A DNA stretch of 64,000 nt, from the NCBI GenBank assembly GCA_964016885.1, contig OZ024752.1:29574001-29638000 (forward strand). The letters run 5' to 3'. The position numbers were made by a program, and so were the translations under genes. The stretch comes from Eledone cirrhosa. Its lineage: Eukaryota. This document shows positions 25,064-39,474 of this stretch, in pieces; the first letter of the stretch is position 1; every line of letters begins with the position of its first letter. The notes below the pieces were generated by a model. It was not told the DNA's origin. It saw nothing but the letters and a program-made list of their open reading frames with translations, and made no database searches.

Positions 25064-25565
25064 TGTGGGTGAGAGTGTGCATGAGTGTGTGTGTATGTGT
25101 GTGAGGGTGTGTGTGTGTGTGTGTGTGAGTGTGGGTGAGAGTGTGCATGAGTGTGTGTGTATGTGTGTGAGGGTGTGAGTGAGTGTGTGAGTGTGTGTGA
25201 GAGTGTGGGTGAGAGTGTGCGTGTGTGTGTGAGGGTGTGTGTGCATGTGTGAGTGTGTGTGTGAGAGTGTGGGTGAGAGTGCGCGCGCGCGCGCGCGCGT
25301 GTGTGAGGGTGTGTGTGCATGTGTGAATGCGTGTGTGAGAGTGTGGGTGAGAGTGTGTGTGTGTGCGTGAGGGTGTGTGCATGTGTGAGTGTTCATGAGT
25401 GTGAGTGTGTGTGAGTGCGCGCGCGCGCGTGTGTGTGTGTGTGAGTGTGTGAATGCGAGTGTGAGTATGAGTGTGTGTGAGTGTGTGTGAGTGCGTATGT
25501 GTGTGAGAGTGTGCGTGTAACAACAACAACAACAACAACAACAACAATAACAACAACAGCAACAA
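25015..25565. repeat. Complex (GT/GA)n microsatellite with (GC)n tracts, followed by (CAA)n
   Basis: Direct reading. Confidence 0.95.
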
Positions 25566-25849
25566 CCACATGAGTCTTCCAAATAACTATGTATTAAAAA
25601 AAATTAGATATGCTTTAAATAGATTAAAAAGATCAGTTCCTTTGGTTGAGCTTTTGCAGTCAATAATTTAATGTTTGATGTTGACATGATGAAGGTAAAA
25701 GTGTGAAGGAAATGTTGAAACTGTGACTCAAGCTTCAGGTTACTGCCATAAACTTAACACCCACTATGAAGCCTCACATGAGGTAAATGTTGGGGAGTTC
25801 TCATTTCACTGTTGCTATGTTAGCTTCTATATGGACTTATGGATAATAA

Positions 25850-26575
25850 GTACATTCATACACATACATAGAGACATATAGAGGCACACATATCCACACA
25901 TAGAGACACACACATACATACACATGCACTGACACACAGACACACACATACCCACACATACATAAACAGACACACATATGCTTTCTCACACACATAGACA
26001 CAGATACCCACACATAGAGACACACACATAACATACACATGCACTGACACACAGACACACACATACCCACACATACATAAACATGCACTAACACACAGAC
26101 ACACACATACCCACACATAGAAACACACATACATAAACATGCACTGTCACACAGACACACATATGCTTTCTCACACACATAGACACAGATACCCACACAT
26201 AGAGACACACACATAACATACACATGCACTGACACACAGACACACACATACCCACACATAGAAACACACATACATACACATGCACTGACACACATACCCA
26301 CACATAGAAACACACATACATAAACATGCACTTACACACAGAACTACACACATACATACACACACATTTACATACACACACACAGACACTTAGAGGCAAA
26401 CATACATACACATAGAGACACACATATACACATATACTCACACACATACATGCACATACATACACATACATGCACACACACATACATATATCCACACACA
26501 CACACACACACAGAAATACATACATACATGCACATACATACATACACATACAAACACACATACACACACATAATT
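25850..26575. repeat. CA-rich compound microsatellite with internal ~180-bp duplication
   Basis: Direct reading; atatgctttctcacacacatagacacagatacccacac occurs twice. Confidence 0.9.
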
Positions 26576-26619
26576 AACTACATGTGTGTAGTCATGCAAG
26601 GCTCTCTCATTTAAGTATC

Positions 26620-27118
26620 ACCATCATCATCATCATCACCGTTTTCATCCGTTCTTCCACGCTAGCATGGGTTAGACGGGTTGTCCTGTTGTGGGTAGTA
26701 TCCGGTCAGCTGACCTTGTCTTGCTCATACGGGAACTGATTCTGGTTTGATTTCTACAGTTGGATGCCCTTCCTAACACCAACCTCATTTACAGTGAGTG
26801 CTGGGTGCTTTTTTGCTGTGGCGCCTCCACGACCACTTTACAGTGTGGGCTGGGTGCTTTTTTTTTGCCGTGGCACCTCCATGACCACTTTACAGTGTGG
26901 GCTGGGTACTTTTTTTGCCGTGGCACCTCCACGACCACTTTGCAGTGGAATAATAGGTACCCCATTCCTATCATCTCATTTCTACAGCTGAGTAAACTGG
27001 AGCAATGTGAAATAAAGTGTCTTGCTCAAGGAAACAACACATCACCTGGTCTGAGAATTGAACTCACAACCTTTCGATTGCAAGGCCAATGTTCTAACCA
27101 ATAAGCCATGCGCCTTCA
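26620..27118 (-). mobile_element. Full-length SINE family C with an alternative tail
   Basis: Head and CORE-like region match 39475-39812. Three internal ~40-bp repeats. The tail resembles the 18090-18135 type. Confidence 0.88.
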
Positions 27119-27497
27119 TTTAAGTATTCCTGTGTGTGTACATGTGTTTGTGTCATATGCGTGTGTGTGTATGTGTGTATGTATGTACGTGTGTGTGTGA
27201 CTGTGTGGGTGTGTGCATGCGTATGTGTGAAGGTGTGTGTGCTTGTATGTGTGTACATGTGTGTGTACGTACGTGTATGTGTATGTACATGTGTGTAAGT
27301 TAAGAGACCTTCCCTAAATGCCACACATATTCAAAAGACCATTGCATGTCACTTGATTCTTTGCCAATTAGTTCATGAAGTGTACATGTTACCCTGGATA
27401 GGGTATCATAGGCTCACTTTCCATGTTGCCCTCATTCTAGTAATGTGCATTGAGGCATGTAGAGTGAAATGTTTGGGGAAACCTACCACAGGACTAA

Positions 27498-27850
27498 TAG
27501 GCGGAGAATAAGTAGAGTCGTTAGAATGTCGGATAGAATGCTTTATAGTATTCGTTCGGGCTCTCTGCTCTTGGAGTTCAAATCCCACCAAGGTCAACTT
27601 TGCCTTTCATCCTTTCGAGATTGATAAAAAAGTACCAGTCAAGTACTGGGGTCGATTCATCCTCTATATTTCTTTCTCGTTTCCTCTCTCTCACTTTCTA
27701 TCTTTCTCTGGAAGAAATCTGCTGTACTCAGACCTGGGGAGGAGGGGTGGGTTCCGCCAGGCTTAAAAAAAATGCCCAAGAAATGCCATATGACAATACA
27801 GCGCCCCTATGACTCTATCAGGTGTTATGGAACCATATATACATACATAC
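27498..27850 (+). mobile_element. SINE family B
   Basis: ggcggagaat..gagttcaaatccc..gcctttcatcctttcg..gcgcccctatgactctatc. Confidence 0.85.
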
Positions 27851-27987
27851 CACACGACTAGCTGTGTGGTTCCGGGTTCGATGCCACTAAACAGCACTTT
27901 GGACATGTGTCTTCAACTACAGACCCAAGTTCACTAATAGCTGTGTGTAGAATTTTGTAAATAGAAATAACATGGAAGCTCATTGAA

Positions 27988-29053
27988 TATAAGGAAGGCA
28001 AGTGGCCTAGTGGTATAAGGAAGGCAAGTGGCCTAGTGGTATAAGGAAGGCAAGTGGCCTAGTGGTATAAGGAAGGCAAGTGGCCTAGTGGTATAAGGAA
28101 GGCAAGTGGCCTAGTGGTATAAGGAAGGCAAGTGGCCTAGTGGTGTAAGGAAGGCAAGTGGCTTAGTGGTGTAAGGAAGGCAAGTGGCCTAGTGGTATAA
28201 GGAAGGCAAGTGGCCTAGTGGTATAAGGAAGGCAAGTGGCCTAGTGGTATAAGGAAGGCAAGTGGCCTAGTGGTATAAGGAAGGCAAGTGGCCTAGTGGT
28301 ATAAGGAAGGCAAGTGGCCTAGTGGTATAAGGAAGGCAAGTGGCCTAGTGGTATAAGGAAGGCAAGTGGCCTAGTGGTATAAGGAAGGCAAGTGGCCTAG
28401 TGGTATAAGGAAGGCAAGTGGCCTAGTGGTATAAGGAAGGCAAGTGGCCTAGTGGTATAAGGAAGGCAAGTGGCCTAGTGGTATAAGGAAGGCAAGTGGC
28501 CTAGTGGTATAAGGAAGGCAAGTGGCCTAGTGGTATAAGGAAGGCAAGTGGCCTAGTGGTATAAGGAAGGCAAGTGGCCTAGTGGTATAAGGAAGGCAAG
28601 TGGCCTAGTGGTATAAGGAAGGCAAGTGGCCTAGTGGTATAAGGAAGGCAAGTGGCCTAGTGGTATAAGGAAGGCAAGTGGCCTAGTGGTATAAGGAAGG
28701 CAAGTGGCCTAGTGGTATAAGGAAGGCAAGTGGCCTAGTGGTATAAGGAAGGCAAGTGGCCTAGTGGTATAAGGAAGGCAAGTGGCCTAGTGGTATAAGG
28801 AAGGCAAGTGGCCTAGTGGTATAAGGAAGGCAAGTGGCCTAGTGGTATAAGGAAGGCAAGTGGCCTAGTGGTATAAGGAAGGCAAGTGGCCTAGTGGTAT
28901 AAGGAAGGCAAGTGGCCTAGTGGTATAAGGAAGGCAAGTGGCCTAGTGGTATAAGGAAGGCAAGTGGCCTAGTGGTATAAGGAAGGCAAGTGGCCTAGTG
29001 GTATAAGGAAGGCAAGTGGCCTAGTGGTATAAGGAAGGCAAGTGGCCTAGTGG
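27988..29053 (+). repeat. 26-bp tandem repeat, 41 copies, made from a SINE 5' end (Pol III A-box)
   Basis: Unit tataaggaaggcaagtggcctagtgg; 1066 bp = 41 x 26; nearly invariant. Confidence 0.97.
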
Positions 29054-29215
29054 TATGAGTACCTATGATCATAATGTTGTGGGTTCGATTCCTGGATTAA
29101 GTTGTGTGTTGTGTCCTTGAGCATAAACACATCATTTCACATTGCTCCAGTATACTCAGCTGAAAATGAGTAACAGCAATAGCTGGTGGGAAGGGGGTTA
29201 ACAACAATAACAACA
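29032..29215 (+). mobile_element. CORE-like tRNA SINE whose head is the last 26-bp unit
   Basis: B-box gggttcgattcc, CORE-like tgtgttgtgtccttgagc...ttcacattgctccagt..ctcagctg, and an (aac)n tail. Confidence 0.85.
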
Positions 29216-29314
29216 CCACCCCCATTACCCACTGCCATCACTTCCACTGCCACCAGCACGACCACCCCCAACACCACCACCACCACCATTACCACTGCCA
29301 TCACTTCCACTGCC

Positions 29315-29345
<31 letters not shown>

Positions 29346-32290
29346 CCACCACCATTACCACTGCCATCACTTCCACTGCCACCAGCACCACCCCCAACAC
29401 CACCACCACCATTACCACTGCTATCACTTCCACTGCCACCAGCACCACCCCCAACACCACCACCACCATTACCACTGCTATCACTTCCACTGCCACCAGC
29501 ACCACCCCCAACACCACCACCACCACCATTACCACTGCCATCACTTCCACTGCCACCAGCACCACCCCCAACACCACCACCACCACCATTACCACTGCCA
29601 TCACTTCCACTGCCACCAGCACCACCCCCAACACCACCACCACCACCATTACCCACTGCCATCACTTCCACTGCTACCAACACCACCCCCAACACCACCA
29701 CCACCATTACCACTGCTATCACTTCCACTGCCACCAGCACCACCCCCAACACCACCACCACCACCATTACCACTGCTATCACTTCCACTGCCACCAGCAC
29801 CACCCCCAACACCACCACCACCACCATTACCACTGCTATCACTTCCACTGCCACCAGCACCACCCCCAACACCACCACCACCACCATTACCACTGCTATC
29901 ACTTCCACTGCCACCAGCACCACCCCCACCACCACCACCACCACCATTACCACTGCCATCACTTCCACTGCCACCAGCACCACCCCCAACACCACCACCA
30001 CCACCATTACCACTGCTATCACTTCCACTGCCACCAGCACCACCCCCAACACCACCACCACCACCATTACCACTGCCATCACTTCCACTGCTACCAACAC
30101 CACCCCCAACACCACCACCACCATTACCACTGCCATCACTTCCACTGCCACCAGCACCACCCCCAACACCACCACCACCATTACCACTGCCATCACTTCC
30201 ACTGCCACCAGCACCACCCCCAACACCACCACCACCATTACCACTGCTATCACTTCCACTGCCACCAGCACCACCCCCAACACCACCACCACCACCATTA
30301 CCACTGCTATCACTTCCACTGCCACCAGCACCACCCCCAACACCACCACCACCATTACCACTGCCATCACTTCCACTGCCACCAGCACCACCCCCAACAC
30401 CACCACCACCACCATTACCACTGCTATCACTTCCACTGCCACCAGCACCACCCCCAACACCACCACCACCACCATTACCACTGCTATCACTTCCACTGCC
30501 ACCAGCACCACCCCCAACACCACCACCACCACCATTACCACTGCCATCACTTCCACTGCTACCAACACCACCCCAACACCACCACCACCATTACCACTGC
30601 CATCACTTCCACTGCCACCAGCACCACCCCCAACACCACCACCACCATTACCACTGCCATCACTTCCACTGCCACCAGCACCACCCCCAACACCACCACC
30701 ACCATTACCACTGCTATCACTTCCACTGCCACCAGCACCACCCCCAACACCACCACCACCACCATTACCACTGCTATCACTTCCACTGCCACCAGCACCA
30801 CCCCCAACACCACCACCACCATTACCACTGCCATCACTTCCACTGCCACCAGCACCACCCCCAACACCACCACCACCACCATTACCACTGCTATCACTTC
30901 CACTGCCACCAGCACCACCAGCACCACCCCCACCACCACCACCACCACCATTACCACTGCCATCACTTCCACTGCTACCAACACCACCCCCAACACCACC
31001 ACCACCATTACCACTGCCATCACTTCCACTGCCACCAGCACCACCCCCAACACCACCACCACCATTACCACTGCCATCACTTCCACTGCCACCAGCACCA
31101 CCCCCAACACCACCACCACCATTACCACTGCCATCACTTCCACTGCCACCAGCACCACCCCCAACACCACCACCACCATTACCACTGCCATCACTTCCAC
31201 TGCCACCAGCACCACCCCCAACACCACCACCACCACCATTACCACTGCCATCACTTCCACTGCCACCAGCACCACCCCCAACACCACCACCACCACCATT
31301 ACCACTGCCATCACTTCCACTGCTACCAACACCACCCCCAACACCACCACCACCACCATTACCACTGCCATCACTTCCACTGCCACCAGCACCACCCCCA
31401 ACACCACCACCACCACCACCATTACCACTGCTATCACTTCCACTGCCACCAGCACCACCCCCAACACCACCACCACCATTACCACTGCCATCACTTCCAC
31501 TGCCACCAGCACCACCCCCAACACCACCACCACCATTACCACTGCTATCACTTCCACTACTACCAGCACCACCCCCAACACCACCACCACCACCATTACC
31601 ACTGCCATCACTTCCACTGCCACCAGCACTACCCCCAACACCACCACCACCACCATTACCACTGCCATCACTTCCACTACTACCAACACCACCCCCAACA
31701 CCACCACCACCACCATTACCACTGCCATCATTTCCACTGCCCCCCCCCATTACCACTGCCATCACTTCCACTGCCACCAGCCCCCCCCCATTACCACTGC
31801 CATCACTTCCACTGCTACCAACACCACCACCAACAACACCACTACCACCACCATTACCACTGCCATCACTTCCACTGCTACCAACACCACCACCAACACC
31901 ACCACCCCAACACCACCACCATTACCACTGCTATCACTTCCACTACTACCAGCACCACCCCCAACACCACCACCACCACCATTACCACTGCCATCACTTC
32001 CACTGCTACCAACACCACCCACAACACCACCACCTCAACACCACCACCATTACCACTGCCATCACTTCCACTGCCACCAGCACCCCCCAACCAGCAACCC
32101 CCCAACACCACCACCATTACCCCCCCCACACTACCACTACCACCACCACCACCACCATTACCACTGCCATCACTTCCACTGCCCTCCCAACACCACAACT
32201 ACCACTACCACCACCACTTCCACTGCCACCAGCACCACCCCCAACACCACCACAAACACCACCACCACCACCACCACCAACACCACTAAT
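29215..32290. repeat. 57/60-bp (CAC)-derived minisatellite
   Basis: Unit attaccactgccatcacttccactgccaccagcaccacccccaac(acc)4-5, with single-base indels that shift the frame. Confidence 0.97.
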
Positions 32291-32562
32291 AGTTCAGCTA
32301 TTGTATCAAGATAATTTTTGCAGCAGTTTTGGTAGAGATGATGATTTCTTGACAAAGAAATCAAAGGCTAACAAAAAGAAATGATTTGCATTTATTTGAA
32401 TTTTGTGGAATATTTCAATAATTTTTCAAGAGTAAATAATTAGATAATAACTTTATTTGATGTTTTCAAACACAACCAGACATTTATAATCGACAAATAC
32501 ATTATTTATCCATTTGATTTAAGAAACATGTTTGTTCTCTCATGGAAGACAACAATTTTTAA

Positions 32563-33477
32563 TACAAGGGTTGGCTGAAAACTTCACAGTCTGACCAAGA
32601 TACTCTCATGGAATGGCCAAATGAGGTTTATTTTTCAACATAGTCCCAGGAAAGAAACAATGCAGTTATTAATAAGAAGAGTTGAAATTAATGCATGCAA
32701 GATTTCACAGCTCTAGATTCACTCCTTCATTGACTGACCAAGATACTCTCATGGAATGACCAAATGAGGTTTATTTTTCAACATAGTCCCAGGAAAGAAA
32801 CAATGCAGTTATTAATAAGAAGAGTTGAAATTAATGCAAGCAAGATTTCACAGCTCTAGATTCACTCCTTCATTGACTGACCAAGATACTCTCATGGAAT
32901 GACCAAATGAGGTTTATTTTTCAACATAGTCCCAGGAAAGAAACAATGCAGTTATTAATAAGAAGAGTTGAAATTAATGCAAGCAAGATTTCACAGCTCT
33001 AGATTCACTCCTTCATTGACTGACCAAGATACTCTCATGGAATGACCAAATGAGGTTTATTTTTCAACATAGTCCCAGGAAAGAAACAATGCAGTTATTA
33101 ATAAGAAGAGTTGAAATTAATGCAAGCAAGATTTCACAGCTCTAGATTCACTCCTTCATTGACTGACCAAGATACTCTCATGGAATGACCAAATGAGGTT
33201 TATTTTTCAACATAGTCCCAGGAAAGAAACAATGCAGTTATTAATAAGAAGAGTTGAAATTAATGCAAGCAAGATTTCACAGCTCTAGATTCACTCCTTC
33301 ATTGACTGACCAAGATACTCTCATGGAATGGCCAAATGAGGTTCATTTTTCAACATAGTCCCAGGAAAGAAACAATGCAGTTATTAATAAGATGAGTTGA
33401 AATTAATGCATGCAAGATTTCACAGCTGCAGCTTCACTCTTTCTTAGTCACCCTTTGAACTTTTCAGCCTGCCCTCA

Positions 33478-33478
<1 letters not shown>
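32563..33478. mobile_element. mariner-like MITE with six tandem copies of a 143-bp internal segment
   Basis: TIRs tacaagggttggctgaaaacttca / tgaacttttcagcctgccctcat. ctgaccaagatac at 32591, 32734, 32877, 33020, 33163 and 33306. Confidence 0.9.
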
Positions 33479-34166
<688 letters not shown>

Positions 34167-34171
34167 GTATG

Positions 34172-34229
<58 letters not shown>

Positions 34230-34231
34230 CG

Positions 34232-34434
34232 TGAGGGTAGACTGAAAAATTCATAGTCTGACCAAGATACTCTCATGAAATGACCAAACGATGTTTATTT
34301 TTCAACATAGTCCCAGGAAAGAAAAAATGCAGTTATTAATAAGAAGACTTGAAATTAAAGCATGCAAGATTTCATAGCACTAACATCATCACTCCTTCAT
34401 AGTCAGCCTATGAACTTTTCAGCTGACCCCCATA
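34232..34434. mobile_element. mariner-like MITE monomer
   Basis: gagggtagactgaaaaattcata ... tatgaacttttcagctgaccccata. Confidence 0.85.
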
Positions 34435-34934
34435 TATTATTTGCCCATATTGATTTAAGAAACATGTTTGTTCTCTTGAAAGACAACATGGTTTTTAATA
34501 TGCAAATAATTTTCTGAAGTAAAGGGTGGCTGAACCACCCAGATTACTATTAAATTGTTAAGTTAAGAAATAATAACTTTGTGATACAGAAAAAGACATT
34601 TTTTCCCCCTCTCTTTGCCAAAAATATGAGTGAATGTAACAATTTAGTAAAAGGATATTGCTTGGCTATGAGCCTATCAATCCATGAAATTATATCTGAA
34701 GACAATCCCCAAAGGCCTAAATAGATATTTATGGCAATTTGATAATAAAAAAAATCTCTTTGTAAGATTTCTTCCTTGCTGAAGTTGAGGATTTAATATA
34801 AATCTTACCTTTTGATACCCACCCCTTCCCCCACACATCATGGGAAATAATGTTAAATCATCATCATCACCATCATTTAATGTCCATTTTCATTGCTAGC
34901 AAGGTTGTATATGATGATGATGATAATGATGATA

Positions 34935-35023
<89 letters not shown>

Positions 35024-35024
35024 A

Positions 35025-35290
35025 TCATCATCATTTCATTTTACGTCCACTTTTCCCTGCTTGCAAGGGTGGGACGGGAACTGATTCTGGCTTGATTTCT
35101 ACAGCTGGATGCCCTTCCTAACACCAACCTCATTTACAGTGAGTGCTGGGTGCTTTTTTGCCGTGGCACCTCCACGACCACTTTACAGTGGAATGATAGG
35201 GACCCCAGTCCCTATCATCTCATTACAGCTGAGTAAACTGGAGCAATGTGAAATAAAGTGCCTTGCTCAAGGAAACAACACAACACATCA
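35025..35290 (-). mobile_element. SINE family C (5'-truncated) within (TA)n
   Basis: Nearly identical to 39475-39735. Confidence 0.88.
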
Positions 35291-35296
35291 CATATG

Positions 35297-35327
<31 letters not shown>

Positions 35328-35384
35328 ATATATATATATATATGTATCTGTGTGTGTGTGTATATATATATATGTAATCAGCAT

Positions 35385-35665
35385 CATAATCATTTTATGT
35401 TTGCTTCTCCATGCTTGCATGGGTTAGACAGGTCTTTTTCAGCACACCATCTCTCCACTCTTCACATTCCTTCTTCATCTCTCCTGTGGGCTTCAATGAT
35501 TTGAAATCAGCTCTTACCACCTCCACACAGGCCTTCTTTGTCTTCCTCTACTACAGCATCCCTCCACCAGGGTTTCTTGTCACTTCTTCACCTAACAATC
35601 ATCTAATATATACATCACATGTCCATTTTAGTCCTCTCTCTCTTGCACATTACATCTGATTTCTC
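35385..35665 (-). mobile_element. Decayed RTE 3' fragment
   Basis: Minus-strand RERTKMDM*CI...RGRQRRPVWRW*ELIS resembles the 20750-20950 RTE end. Confidence 0.6.
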
Positions 35666-36919
35666 TTGGTGGTTACTAATATATTTAGCTATCATTACAT
35701 TTGTATGTCATTGTATTTAGTTCAATATGAGTTTTGTTCTATGATCGGATCAGGCTTCTGATTGCTACTAGTACCATGTAACCCAGTAAAACCTGCTTCA
35801 TGGTCATGTGGTTGATGACTAAACCAGCTCCCTCACCTGATCTTGGTTTGGTGAGGAGGTTAAGGGGATCCCCAGCAGCATAAAATACAAGAGCTGTTAA
35901 AAGGGAGGATGAACTACTCAGAGTCACTAGTTATCGACCCTGACTATGTGTTAAATAGCCTCACCAACCTGCAATTGGCTAAGCATGATGAGTACGGCTA
36001 CACACCTGACATGACCAAAACCAAACAGAAAGCAGTGAATGTCAATCAAGGAGGGGCTTCCTCCAACAAAAGTTAGAAAGCTCTGGATTGGATTTGAGTT
36101 TTGTTCACACATTAAAATTTTTTAATTTATGATTATATAAAAAAGCTTGTGACACATGATAACTGGAAAAATTGTCAAGGAATAAAAAGTATTGGACTAC
36201 CTGTACATGGATCACAAGTTCAAATCTACTACTGGTGTTACTGGGTTGAACGTTTGCTTGAGTTTATCTAGCAGCTGGGAATATCTATGAAGGCCAGGAA
36301 TGTTACTGCAAATAGACACTAGTATCCTACCCAGGGATATGTTTATCTTTCACCTGATTCACTCCAGGAAGTGAGCTAAGAAATTACTATCCTGATCGTC
36401 TTAATGCCATGAAGATACAACCTATAACTATATTTCCACCTTTGAAGTAGTTCATCTGACATATATTTACAAGAAATAATTGCATGTATTTCTTTACTAC
36501 ACTCTCTGCCCAACCACAAAAGAATAAAACTAAGTCTTTCATCTCATTATAGTCCCCCCCCCCCCCCCCAAAAAAAAAATGAATTTTTTTGTGGGCATTC
36601 ACCTCTGAATTTGTTACGGAAGAATTATGAAATAATTTTAAAAAACAACAAAAATGGATTTAAAGGACTTCAATTTATAATGACTTTGATGTAAAGTCCA
36701 TAAAAAAGTTTTTTTTTTCTTTACTGACACTTCCAAACTGGTTGCAACTTGATATCTTTTAAAAGCGACTAATTTAAAGACAGTTTATTATAATAATAGC
36801 TGTCAGTCAAGAATAACATAAAAAGTTAATGAGGATGCCAAAATAAAGGTGAAATTGTTGGGGATTAATGAGAAACAACAACAACAACAACAACAATAAT
36901 AATAATAATAATAATAATA

Positions 36920-37106
36920 ATTGTTTCTACTTTAGGCACAAGGCCAGCAATTACCCAGTACATTACTGGTACTTTATTTTATCGACCCCGTAAGGATGAA
37001 AGGCAAAGTCAACCTCGGCGGGATTTGAACTCAGATCGTAAAGGGACGTAACTATGCTGGAAAGCATGGCGTCAGACCCTCTACCGATACTGCCAATCCA
37101 CCGCCC
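36920..37106 (-). mobile_element. Full-length young SINE family A inside (AAT)n
   Basis: Complete head-to-tail consensus match, flanked by (aat)n on both sides. Confidence 0.93.
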
Positions 37107-37148
<42 letters not shown>

Positions 37149-37646
37149 TGATAATGATTTGCTTTCATAACACTACACAAAGAAATAATATATTATCTAT
37201 TATCTTAATTTCCTTCTAGTTGGATGGCTCACCCAATTTCTCTCTACATTATCTAACTTATAATGAATTTACATTACCATAATTGCTAGCAGACGATATT
37301 CCATTAGTTTTAGAGGCTACTAGAGGTACACTTAACAGTCTATTTGCATGAAAACTACACTAGATTTCAATGTTTAACATCTGATGTAGAACTTTGAAGA
37401 GATTTTTGCAAGATAGTTTTGAGAAAGAAAAGTTCTAAATTCTTCAGACACACGGATGTTTGGCACAAATAAGTCGGAGAGATAAAGAGAATTTAATAAT
37501 ACTGAGAATACATACAATCTAAGCAACTATAATTGGATCTTCCATGGAAAAATGTTGTTTATTAAAGAGATGTCAAATAACTTTAGTAGAGAAATTTATT
37601 TAATAACAAAACCAGTGGGAGTTTGGTTATATTGTGTTCAGACCTG

Positions 37647-37684
<38 letters not shown>

Positions 37685-37884
37685 TTACTGCACAATATTT
37701 TATTCAGACTCAGAACAATAATTTACTACCTCCTCTTCCTTGTATTTAAATATGAAATTGATATGGAAAATTATAGAGAAATTATTGAATAAGATAAAAG
37801 AGTTTCCAGGGGAGATTATAATGAGAAATATAAGGCTTTTTAAATAAAATGAATTTCACTAACAACAGGGATATATAATATATA

Positions 37885-38267
37885 GTAATGATGATGGTGG
37901 TGATGATGGTGGTGATGGTGATGGTGATGATGGTAGTGGTGGTGGCAGTAGTGGTGGTGGTGGCAGTGGCGGTGGTGGTGATAGTGGTGATGATGGTGGT
38001 GATGATGATGGTGGTGGTGATGATGATAATGGTGGTGGTGGTGATGGTGGTGGTGATGATGATGGTGGTGGTGATGATGATAATGGTGGTGGTGGTGATG
38101 GTGGTGGTGGTGGCAGCGGTGGTGGTGGTGATGGTGGTAGTGATGATGATGATGGTGGTGATGATGATGGTGGTGGTGATGATGGTGGTGGTGGTGATGA
38201 TTGTGGTGGTGGTGATGATTGTGGTTGTGGTGATGGTGGTGGTGGTGGTGATGATGGAGGTGGTGGT

Positions 38268-38301
<34 letters not shown>

Positions 38302-38336
38302 GATAACGGTGATGATAGTGATGAGGATTGTAATGT

Positions 38337-38382
<46 letters not shown>
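37885..38382. repeat. (GGT/GAT)n compound trinucleotide repeat
   Basis: Direct reading. Confidence 0.95.
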
Positions 38383-38384
<2 letters not shown>

Positions 38385-39096
38385 CTTTTACACACCATAA
38401 GGACAACAGATGAGAAGAAAATACAAGGAAACATAAAACTGATGGGGTTTTTCCATAGAATAGATAATGAAAAAACTGAGTTGGAAAACAACTGTATACA
38501 AAAGGTATGAAATAAGATATTCCAATAAGAGAACAGGCACTAAGCCTCAGTCAAGTAACCCCACAGATCCAGGATTACTTTAACTACCAACCTCTGCAAA
38601 ATAGAAACAAAACTGGTGAGAATAAAACCACTGAAGTAGGCATTAAAGTTACCATCTATGGTCTATCTTTAATTTCAAACATTTGAGCAAAAATGTTGTT
38701 AGAACATCTGTTGAGATCAAATAGTATATGCCCTTTATGCTCGGTCAAAGACATAATTGTAGATTTGTTATAACATCCCAGTTCTGACACTTGGGCCCAT
38801 AAAATGACTTTTTCATCCACTTATCACAGAGGGTGTACCTTAGCCCTGACAATACAGTTTCTATAAAACAAAACTAAGTAATGTTTTACCCAGTATATTT
38901 CAATATGATATTTCAGGGCTATTACCCTCTTCTCAAATGTGGGGCTGAAAGAGTTCAAAGCAAAATGATCGATTGTTGTTTGTTTTGCTTTTAACTGTTT
39001 CAGCTCCACTCAACACAGCAGATTTCTTCTAGGGAAGGAAAAAGAGTGAGAGAATTGAAGGGAGAAAGAGACAGAGTAAGAAATGACACCCAGTAA

Positions 39097-39398
39097 ATTT
39101 AAATATAAGACGTATGGTCCCATAACTCCCGATAGAGTTGTAGGGGCACCGTATTAGCATACAGCATTTCTTGGACATTTTAAGCCTGGTGGAGCCCATC
39201 CCTCTCCAGGCCTGAGTACAACAGATTTCTTCCAGAGAGAGGAAGAATCGACCACAGTACTAGACTGGTACTTTTCTATTGACCTCGAATGGATGAAAGG
39301 CAAAATAGACCTTAGCTGGATTTGAACTCAGAGATCAGAGAGACAGAACAAATACCACACTATCCAATTTTGCAACAACTCTGTCAATTCGCCACTAG
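39097..39398 (-). mobile_element. SINE family B (left arm of an inverted pair)
   Basis: Reverse complement of 39962-40271. Confidence 0.88.
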
Positions 39399-39474
39399 GT
39401 GAACTATATAAATTTAAAATAGTAAGTGAGATTTTATTCTGTTATTCAGTCTGGTCTGATGGGTACCTATTCAT

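Noticed and set aside
24989-26571. His/Thr- and Cys/Val-rich ORFs
   Set aside because: Translations of dinucleotide microsatellites.
27988-29053. CRISPR-like 26-bp direct repeats
   Set aside because: The repeats are contiguous without spacers and are explained as a SINE-head amplification.
29186-32314. 1042-aa mucin-like/His-rich ORF and antisense Gly- or Val-rich ORFs
   Set aside because: Trinucleotide-derived repeat that is open in most frames. Single-base indels switch the peptide between Thr-rich and His-rich, and the ORF starts inside a SINE tail.
37840-38491. Poly-His and poly-Pro ORFs
   Set aside because: Compound trinucleotide repeat with no complex coding flanks or convincing splice sites.
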